A stretch of DNA of 64,000 nucleotides from NCBI GenBank assembly GCA_017443235.1, contig JAFSOV010000014.1, forward strand, positions 1,867 through 65,866, read 5' to 3'. The stretch is from Alphaproteobacteria bacterium (GTDB lineage Bacteria; Pseudomonadota; Alphaproteobacteria; Rs-D84). This document shows positions 35,136 to 45,500 of the stretch, in pieces. The notes under the pieces were generated by a model, which was not told where the DNA came from, did no database searches, and was given only the letters and a program-made list of their open reading frames with translations. The position numbers and the translations under genes are program-made. Position 1 is the first letter of the stretch, and every line of letters begins with the position of its first letter.

Positions 35136-35888
35136 ATGGGCAAATTTAACCATTTTTTGGCGGAAAATTTTGGGTTTTCAATATTGGGGCACTTGGTTGT
35201 TTTGGGTGTCATTGTTTTGATGGCGGACGTTGTCTTTGACCGGTTTGAACGTTTTATTGCCCCCGACAGAATTCAAATAACAATGATAGATTTGAACAGT
35301 GTGCGCGTCACCGGGGATGAAACGGTGCTGTATAATACAAATGTGAACGAAGTTGATAAAACCAGGCCGCAGGACGCGGAAAATAAAAAACAACCGGAAC
35401 AAAATGCCGCGCAAAATCAAAGCGAAGAAATAAAATCTACGACGTTGGTTGCGGACGAAGAAAAAAGTAAAAAGGATACCGCAAAGCCGGATGAAAAAAA
35501 TCCAGATGAAGTTTCTGCGCCGAAAACCAAGACGGTTGTGCGGGTGAATCGAAATGTTGTGTCATTGGACCGGACACTGACTGTGTCGGTTGTTGATGCG
35601 TTGCGTGTGGCGATGACGCGTTGTTGGAACATTGATACGTCGCGACCGGGATTGGATGGAATACGTGCGGTTGCGCATTTGACAATGCGGCAAAATGGAA
35701 CGGTGGCCGATGTTTGGTTCGAATCGGCGGCGCGTGCCGATACCGATTCGGCATTTGCATATGTTTTGGAAACCATACGCAGTGCGATAAATGTTTGCCA
35801 ACCATTACGAATGTTGCCGGCAAATGAATATGATAAATGGCAAAAGATTCAATTGACATTCTATCCCACAACCGGGGCGGTGATGTAG
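35136..35888 (+). CDS. tolA: TolA-like envelope protein
   Basis: N-terminal TM segment, a charged Lys/Glu-rich linker and a C-terminal domain of about 100 aa. It occupies the tolA position after tolQR. The assignment rests on position and architecture only. Confidence 0.55.
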   Translation: MGKFNHFLAENFGFSILGHLVVLGVIVLMADVVFDRFERFIAPDRIQITMIDLNSVRVTGDETVLYNTNVNEVDKTRPQDAENKKQPEQNAAQNQSEEIKSTTLVADEEKSKKDTAKPDEKNPDEVSAPKTKTVVRVNRNVVSLDRTLTVSVVDALRVAMTRCWNIDTSRPGLDGIRAVAHLTMRQNGTVADVWFESAARADTDSAFAYVLETIRSAINVCQPLRMLPANEYDKWQKIQLTFYPTTGAVM

Positions 35889-35892
35889 GGTA

Positions 35893-35925
35893 TTAGTGGT
35901 TAGTGGATAGTGTTAGTGGTTAGTA
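35893..35925. repeat. Short tandem array of TTAGTGG (locus 3, direct copy)
   Basis: TTAGTGG TTAGTGG ATAGTG TTAGTGG TTAGTAG, starting 5 nt after the tolA-like stop. Confidence 0.65.
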
Positions 35926-35973
35926 GAATCTGGCATAATTTCATAATAACGAACTTATTCCAGGAACCATTAA

Positions 35974-36005
35974 TTAGCCACTGTCCACTTGCAATAACCA
36001 CTAAA
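35974..36005. repeat. Inverted, degenerate copy of the TTAGTGG-type array
   Basis: TTAGCCACTGTCCACTTGCAATAACCACTAA is the reverse complement of a TTAGTGG-like array. It lies about 50 nt from the direct copy and abuts the rnpB terminator. Confidence 0.5.
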
Positions 36006-36027
36006 AACGCCCCCTTGCGGGGACGTA
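36001..36027 (-). terminator. Rho-independent terminator of rnpB
   Basis: The minus strand reads ACGTCCCC-GCAA-GGGGGCG-TTTTT: a GNRA-loop hairpin followed by a T-run. Confidence 0.65.
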
Positions 36028-36029
36028 TT

Positions 36030-36372
36030 GCCGTACCGGTCGAACGATAAGCCGGATTCTGTACCGCCCAAACTCAGTGATGTTCCGGCGCGTTCATCAC
36101 CAAACATTGGGTGGCAAGCATAATTAATCTGCACAATGTGTTACCACAAAGTGTCAAGCCCTCTACCCGCCCCCGATTCGGGACAAATCATTGGGGGCCT
36201 ATTTGAAGTTGCTGCGCACAGAGATTGCCCGTTTCACTCAGGTTAAACCTGCTTCGTCACTGTTGCTCTAATCGTCGGGTTTCCCCGCCCGGTCGTTAAC
36301 CGGTGTGCCGTCCCGCGCAGTCCGGACTTTCCTCCGCCACGATTGTGACGGCTATGCTTTGTTCGACTGTTG
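36030..36372 (-). ncRNA. rnpB: RNase P RNA, bacterial type A (compact, about 340 nt)
   Basis: The minus strand carries the universal GAGGAAAGTCCGGAC (P4 5-prime strand), GGGGAAACCC, AGAGCAACAGTGA and ACAGAATCCGGCTTATCG. P1 pairing is GTCGAAC (5-prime) with GTTCGAC (3-prime). Ends are accurate to about 5 nt. Confidence 0.88.
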
Positions 36373-36440
36373 CGATAATTTTATATGATTGAAATTGAAA
36401 TGCAAGGCTGTTTTTTTGTACATAAAAATAAATTTAACTG

Positions 36441-36470
36441 TTGACAGGCAAAATTGATTTTTCCTAAGAT
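36441..36470 (+). promoter_or_regulatory. Candidate sigma-70 promoter for the giant gene
   Basis: TTGACA, an 18-nt spacer, then TAAGAT. RBS AAGGAAGGA lies upstream of the ATG at 36504. Confidence 0.4.
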
Positions 36471-36503
36471 TAGATTACAAGCAAAGGAAGGATTGGAGAT
36501 TTT

Positions 36504-39500
36504 ATGTCTGGTTTTTTGAGGAAAATCTGCGTATTTTTTATGGTTATTGCGGCATGTTTCGCGGGGGTGCGCATTTATGCCGCAAGTACTTCCAGTTATT
36601 ATTACACATTGAACGATGACGGCGCCAAAGTGGCCAGTGTCCCGCATTCGTGGGCAATTGGTTCGGTCACACAGTTATCTTCCCTGCCGTATAAACCGGG
36701 TTATGGTTATGGTGGACATTACACCGCGCGGGGTTGCAGCGGAACCCAGGTTATAGATCATACCGGCTCTGTCCAAGTGTCCTTTAATGCCAATACCACA
36801 TTGTATGCGTGTTGGTATGCATATTATCCGCCATCTATTGTTTTGGATGATGCCGGGGGTTCGGGCGGGTTGTTGTATAATGGTGGTTGCTCTAATGTTG
36901 TGAGGTATATTTATAGCAATAATAACGAAGTGACGGTGACTTTTGCAAATCATGATGATTGGGCACGTGATTATATGGAGGTTGACAAAAGTTCCCCGTA
37001 TACGTGGAGAATTGGATGTTCCAACAATGATGTAGTGACCCAGATGTACAACTTGCCAACGCGTTCGGGGTACGCGTTTGGTGGATATTATACCGAACAA
37101 AATGGTTCGGGTACCCAGATTATCGATTCAAGTGGTAATTTAATTAATGCCGCGACCGTTTATAATACATTAGGCAATGCATCCCCAACAACAATCTATG
37201 CATATTGGACATCGAACAGTCCCACATGGGCGACGGTGACAATAAATGATCAATCTGCGACGACAAATTCCCAATATTCCACATTATATATAAATACGAA
37301 CAACAGTTTGAGCAATTGTGGTGGGTATCGAACGGGCCAATCGTGTACCGCGCTAAATATTACTTCTTTTACCCCACCAACCAAGACGGGATATACATAT
37401 GGCGGACATTACACGCAAACGAATGGTGGCGGATGGCAATGGGCGAATTCCAGTGGTGTGATACAGTACAGTGTGTCGGGAAATCAAACCGTTTACGCCA
37501 AATGGACACCCAAGGTTTATACGGTGACACTGAATCACGGCAGTCCCACAAATTCTCCCGCCCCATCAACGGTATACTTGAAGTATGGAACCGGATGGTA
37601 TTCCAATTCGGGGGCAACCACACCGATTTATGCCATGACGACCGTGCCACAAAAGACGAATTATACATTTGGTGGATATTGGACCGGACAAAATGGAACC
37701 GGAACGCGCGTTATCGATTCGGATGGAAATTTCCTTTATACAACGGCGGCACTGACGGCCCTAACATCAAACGCCACAATTTATGCGTATTGGACGGCGG
37801 CTACGCAAAATCCGACATGGATAACCGTCACATTTGATGATAACAGTCCCACAAATTATTCACAATATAATGGTGGGCGTTTGCGATATTTATATCGAAA
37901 TACGAATTCCGCGATTTCGAACTGCAGTGGATATAAATTATCACAATCGTGCAATGCAACAACCGTCACGCATTTTACACCACCTACAAAGGGCGGTTAT
38001 ACGTATGGTGGACATTATACTGGTTCGACCCAGTGGTCGGATGCAAGCGGAAATATTTTGGTGAACCTTAGTGCAAACACAACGGTGACCGCACAATGGA
38101 CGCAAAATTCCGGCACTATTTACACCGTGACATTATATCCAAATGGTGGAACGGGTTCAAATTTGTTGATATATGAAAGGCAGAATATAGGTTGGTATCG
38201 TGATAGCGGTGGAACATATCAAATTACATCATCTATATTTAATTCAACTTCTTCTGGCGGTGCGGGTTTGACCCAACCGACCTATACCAATCATGTGTTT
38301 AACGGTTATTGGACAGGAAAGACGGCCGATGGCGCGACATCATGTTCCGGAACCCAAATGATTGATGCCAATGGTAATATTTTGGCAAGCCCGTCATACG
38401 ATGCCAGTCAGCGTTGGTATGCCTGCTGGGTTGGTCAACAATCAACCGTGACATTGAATGCAAATGGTGGAACGGCGTGCGCGACAACATCGGTGACGGC
38501 GACATATGGCGCACAGATGCCGACACTGTCATGTGCCCCAACCGCGCCAACCGGGCACCATTTTAATGGGTACTTTGATGCCACGTCCGGTGGGACACAA
38601 TATTATTATGCCGACCTAAGTTCTGCACGCAATTGGGACAAGACCGGTGCACAAACGTTGTATGCCCAGTGGGTTGCAAATACTTATATTGTTAAATACT
38701 ATTGTGACAAAGAAGAATATGAATTGGGTACACCGGCCGCCACGGATACTGTGACATATGGTCAAACATATGTTGTTAAAACCCGTGCCCAGGTTGGGTG
38801 TTCTTTGGCAAGTGGTAAAAAATTTATTGGTTGGGATTACGGGGAAGGCAATGCAAATCTATGGCAACCGGGGGATATTATAACATATAATTATACCGAT
38901 GATTTGGATGTTTCGGGATATGTTATGGACATAAATACCGTGACATTAAATCACGGTTCACCCGATAACAGCCCCGCCCCGAATACGGTTTATTATGTTA
39001 CAAGCGACGGTTGGTATTCCGATTCGAACGCAACGATTGAGGCAACTGTGTCGCCGATTCCGGTTAAATATGGATATGATTTTCTGGGATATTGGACTAC
39101 CGCGACATCTGGTGGAACCCAGGTTGTGGATGCTAGTGGGCAATTTATTACGACCACTGTTACTGAGCCAACAACCATATATGCGCGTTATAGTGAAAAA
39201 ACATATCAAATTGCGCTGGATGATCAAAACGCTACAACCGCCGGTGCCCCGACACCGTTGTATTATAGTATTTCAAATGGATGGTCGGCGACCAGTGGTG
39301 GAACAACAATTACACAAATTACAACGGCCCCGACAAAATCTGGATATGTGTTCAATGGATATTGGACACAAACCGGTGGTAATGGAACAAAAATTATAAA
39401 TTCGGACAGAACATTTGCAACAGTGCCATCTGCAATTCTGCAGGCGATGCACGATGGCGAAATTGATATGCTGTATGCGGATTGGTTGACTGTGAATACT

Positions 39501-42500
39501 GTCACATTCTCGTGTCAGAATCAGGCTGGTGATGGTTCGGGAACCCCAAGCCCGGCAACAGTTCAGATACATGATGGCGAAACATTAACATTCCCATCAC
39601 TTTCAAACTGTTCGTGGGGTAATGCGGGATATAGTCCATTTTTGTGGGGTTATGTTGTAAATGGCAGTTTTGTAGAAACTCATGATGCGGGTGACACGAT
39701 AACATGGGATTCTGGTTGGGGAAATCGCACATTTAATGTGTGGTATGCGCCAAATTATTTCAATTATGAATATTCCTGTGGTGCCGGGTCCGGAACGCCG
39801 CCGGCATCCGGAAATACATATTATCATAATGGTGGATGGACAACCGCGGCAAATACATGTACGCTACCGGCGAATAAGCATTTTGTCGGGTGGTTGGAAC
39901 CTGTGTCAAATGAGGTATGGGCGGAAAGCACCACGCCAACAAATGGTTGGCGGTGGCCATACGATGTGACGGCCGCGGCCGGTGGCGCGTTTGTTGCACA
40001 ATATGACGATGATACATATACGGCGACATTTACATGCGAAAATAACGCATTTTCGCCATATGTGTACAGTGGAACCGCGCCAGACGATATAACGGATATC
40101 GCGTATCAGCAGACGATTACCCTGCCATCGCCATCTGTGTGTACAAATAATTATCCGGACGCGGGTTGGATTGCTTCGCCGGCACAGGAATGGAATTATT
40201 ACTGTGTTGATGCCAATAATGGGGCTGCCTTGGGTGGTGGCTCCGCCGGTGCAGGATCTTGGACATGGCCAAAACAAGGTAATTGCACATTCCAGGCATC
40301 CGGTGGACGCAGTATATATCATATTTATTATTATTGCGATGATACAACAAGTACGGTTTCATTGGATCAAACCGTTGATTATTCAAATCGTGATACGGTG
40401 CGCCCGGCAACTGTCGCGGTCGCCGGATGCACTGCGCCAACGGGGTATCATTTTACCGGATGGAAGGTTGGTGCGACCAATACAATTTTATCGCCCGGGC
40501 AATATGGTGGCAACAATGCCCTGTGGCCGTATGCCGCACATACGCATCTGCGTGCCCAGTGGGAGGCAGACACATATAACCTGACCTGGGGTTGTGGCGA
40601 TGGAACCGGGACGCCGTCCGGCGCATCGTTCCCGACAAGTATAGATTATGGCGAAACACTGACATTCCCGGCAAATACGGTATGTTCCGCGCCGATGGGG
40701 TATGAATTTGCCGGTTGGACCATTGATGCGAATACGACAACATATCAACCAAACGGGACATTTGTGTGGAACCTGACATCGGGCAGCGAGATAAACGCTT
40801 CGTTCACACCAATAACATATACGATAACATATGACTGTAACGGTGGAACCGGTTCGCCGTCAACGCAAAATGTGACCTATGGTGGTTCGATTCAATTGAT
40901 TTCTACGGACGCGTGTACCCGGGGTGGTTATACGGCGAACGGTTGGGATGTTTCGGGGACATCGCCGGTTGTTAACTATGCATCCGAGGCGGTGGTAAAT
41001 CCGTGGCCATATGCGGCAAACAAAACGCTAAGTGTTAATTGGACCGCCAGAACATATACGATAACGTATTACGATGAAGATGGTACGACCGTATTGACGG
41101 GATTGAACCCGACCAGTTATACATATGGTACGGGTGCAACAATAAATGCGGTTCCAACCAAGGCATATTCGGTGTTTAATGGTTGGTGTACAACACGCAA
41201 TGCGACAACAGGTACGCTTTCTGGGTGCCAACCGACAACAAATCCGCATGTTATTGGAACAACAGAAACCGACAACAAGGCATACTATGCCAGTTGGTCT
41301 TGCGCAACCGGGTACCGAAAATATAACTATGCAGTAGACAGTTTTTTGTATCCATCGGGTGGCGGACAAATTCCGGCGGGTTCGTGCGCCCCGATTCGTT
41401 ATATTATAAATTGCCATGGTAATGGTGGAAACGCATGTTTGGAACAGTTTAACCTGGGGCAATCTGGGACGGTTGGTACATACAGTTTTGGAAGTTCGTA
41501 TAACACCATTGCCATCAATTCCACGGGCAGCGATATAAGCGCAGTACCATTGCCTGTATCTAATAATGGTAATGTGGAACCTGTTTGGCCGTTCTTGTTT
41601 ACCAAAAGTCCGGATGCAAATTATACGGCCTTTACACCGTGGCCCGCCAATGGCCTGGTCAGCAGCAGTGTGCAATCAGGTTATCTTAGTCATAACTATG
41701 TGACATTTATGCAGGCGGTTGCCAACGAATCGTATAACAACGGTATAGATTTTGGTCGTCCGCATTATACATTTGACGGTTTGTGGACCGCGGCAGATGG
41801 TGGAAACAAATATATTGGTGCCGATGGTTTGTCGCCAACCGGTGGATATGCGTTTGATAGTCAAGAAATGGCAAATTTCTTTACGGCGGATGCGGATGTC
41901 TATGCGCATTGGGTGCCGGATCGTTATACAATAATGTTAGAGGCCGAAGGGTATGATGGGACATTGCCTGCGATTTATGAAACATATAACACCGGATGGG
42001 CCCAGACATCGACAGAAACACCGGGCGATTGGGTGCCGTTGACCGCGGAACAAATGGCACATCGGGCAGGATATACATTCTTGGGATATTATTCGTCTGC
42101 TTCGGGCTCGAATGCCACCAAATACATCAATGCCGATGGAACATTGGCCAATGGTGTGACGGCAACGACATTTGGCCAAAGCACGTCCATATTTGCTCGA
42201 TTCGAAGCAAACACATACAATGTGACATATGATTGCAATGCGGATGGTGCGACCGATTATACGGATACGGCGACATATGATTCTACATATACGGTATTAA
42301 GGTTGAGTGAAGCGGGATGCTCGGTCATAATTGGACATACATTTGGTGGTTGGGCGATATCCGGGACAAACCTGATTAAGAGTGGTGGCGATACGTTCAC
42401 ATGGAACTATACAGAACCCAAGACTTTAACCGCCCAATGGACGCCGAATGTTTACCATATTACATTTGATTTCAATAATAATTATACCGGTGGTGGCGCC

Positions 42501-45500
42501 CAGGTCGGTACGGCAAATATGTATGAAAAATATGGCGTTGGTTGGGGCGTGAACGAAAGTGGCGGTACCGGTTCGACATCGGGTGAATTATGGAGTGACA
42601 CCGTAATTACATTACCGCGTTATGCAGGACACACCTTTGTTGGTTATTATGATAACACTGCGGGAACCGGCACGCAATATGTTGGCCCAGATGCGCAATT
42701 GCCATCCAACAGGACCTTTGTAATGGATAAAATATTGTATGCGGTGTGGAGTGATTGTACACCGGGAAATTATTGCGATGATGGCCAGGTTATATCGTGC
42801 AGCACCGCGACAAATGGTAAATACCCGTACAGTGACGCCGGGGCAAGCAGTATAAACGATTGCTATTTAACATTAACGACCGGGAAACGTGTCGCGACCG
42901 CCGGCGCGGGTATGACCAATTGTGCCGCGAACAGTTTCAGTGACGACACAACAACGAACGTTTATTATGGTGGCACGGCATCCGCATCGCACCCCACAAC
43001 CAGTTCTTGTCCGGCCTGCTCTACACTGGGTGGTGGATTGTACGCAACCAGTGCCGGCGGCACAGGTTCAACCGGATGCTATATAACGACAACGGCGGGA
43101 AAATATGTTGTTGCAAATACTGATACCGCCCAGACAACATGCCCGGTCAAGAAATACTGTGAATCTGCAACATTGTATTGGCCGAGTGTTGGGCAAATTG
43201 CGGATTGTCCAACCCCAGACGCGTCAACAATGCGCACAACATATCCAGATAATTATTATAATGTATCAGATATATCAATTTCATGGGGGTCGGCCACTGG
43301 TGCAACATCTATATCAAAATGTAGGGCAATTTATTTTGTGACAAACGAGCGTGGTAAATTCTATCATACGCAAATAGAGTATAATCCTGTTACAGGAAAA
43401 TATGATTCTGGCAACGGGGTACAGAAATATTACACAGTTTTGAATCCGGGATATTATGGTACGGAAAAATTGTATTCGGCTTCGTATTGCAATTCTTCGT
43501 CCACGACAAGCCTTATGTATTATAAAGATGCGCAACCGTGTCCGACGGGCAGTTATTGCCCGGGCCTGACCAGTATGCCATTGTGTTCATCGGGAACATA
43601 TGAAACGACAATTGGTCTGTATTCTTGTCCGGTTGCATATCCCGACAGTGCCGCAATGTCAACCAGTATCGATGCGTGCTATTTAACCACAACGGCGGGG
43701 AACTATGTCGCAACGGCGGGTGCGGGTGAAACGCAATGCGCCGCAAACAGTTTCTGTACCGGTGGCACGGTCGTGTATTATAACGGTACCGGCGGTATCA
43801 CCGCATGTTCAACCGGCGCCGCCAGCAGTTACAGCACCAGCGCCGCCGGCAGTGACGCCGCCACAGATTGCTATAAAACCGTCACATTAAACAAAAATGG
43901 TGGTTCGGGAACGATTCAGGGAACAAGTGGAACCGACCCGGCATCCGTCACATGTTATTATAACACATCTTGCCCGTTTGGCAGTGCCGGCGGATTGCAA
44001 CAAACCGGATATACATTCACCGGCGGTTGGGGTACGTCCGCATCGTGCAGTGATACAACAACGTCCTATACCGTGCCAAACGGAACAAATACGTACTATG
44101 CATGTAAATCCCAGAAAGATTATACAATGCAATATTTGTGCAGTGATGGCACGGAAAGTGCAAACTGGAGTTTTGCCGGTACGGCACCGGTCGCAACAAA
44201 TCCGGTGCATTATGGCGACAGTGTGACAATGGCCGCCAATCCATATGGTGATCAAACCGGTTGCCGCAAAGTATGGGGAACATCCGGCGATGCAGATTAT
44301 TGTACAGATTGCTTTACGTTCGGCGGTTGGAAGATTCCAGCAGAATTTACGTCACTGGAACAAACTTTGGTACACCTGGGCGGTTCCGATGTAAATACGT
44401 GGGGTAATACAGACAGTACAGATTGGTGTATTATTGACAATACATCTGATGCGTGTACTGGATTCTCGGATGCGGTATTTTATGTTTACCCAATGTATAC
44501 TCCAAAACAATATGATATAGAATATATGTATGCGACCAGTCCGGTAAATAATAATGCGTCTATGCCGGCGGATTATACATATACCGTTGGCACCAGTATC
44601 AGCAACGCGGACCAGACCCCACCCGCACACGCCACATTTAATGGTTGGTGCACGGGCGCGAATGGAACCGGAACATGCTATAATGCCGGTCAATCCATTA
44701 CAATTGGCAATCGCGCCCATGGTGATATAACATATTACGCAAATTGGTCATGTGGTTCGGGATATACTTTGACATACGATACGAATAACCAACCGGTATG
44801 TTCGGCGGATGTGATAACGTGCGATCCGGGTTATTATTTGCAAGGTTCCAGCGCAACATGTCAACCATGCTTGGTTGGTGATTATTGCGAGGGTGGAAAT
44901 TTCGTGCATAATGGAACCGACCAAGGGTTGAAAGTATGTGCGACCGAGATTGCCACAGGTTGGACCAGTTTGGGTGGAACAGATTGCACCGCCAAGACCA
45001 GTTGTTATTATCCGGTGACATTGAACAAAAACGGATTTAGCGGAACCATAGCCGCGGGTGCCGGTACCGGATGCACGGTTGCAGCCAAATCCACGGGTAC
45101 AAATCCGGCAACATTAAGGTTATTCTATAATACCGCATGCACTTTGCCAACATTTACAACGGGTTTGACCCAGACAGGATACACCAATGCGACCACATGG
45201 TCGGAACAAAGCACGTTGAATGCAACGGCGGTTTCAACAATTGATGCCGTGACCACAACGCCCGCGGTGACGACATATTATGCGCGAAAAACTACGTGCA
45301 AGGCTAATTATTATACCCCCGATAATACAACATGTACGGCATGCAGTGGTTTGGCCGGTGGCGCATACCCCAAAAGTGCCGCAGGAACGGGTGACGCAAC
45401 CAGTTGCTATGCATCAATAACATTGAACAAAAATGGATACAGCGGAACCATATCGGCAAATGCGGGCACGGGATGTAAGGTTGCATCAAGGGCTATCGGC

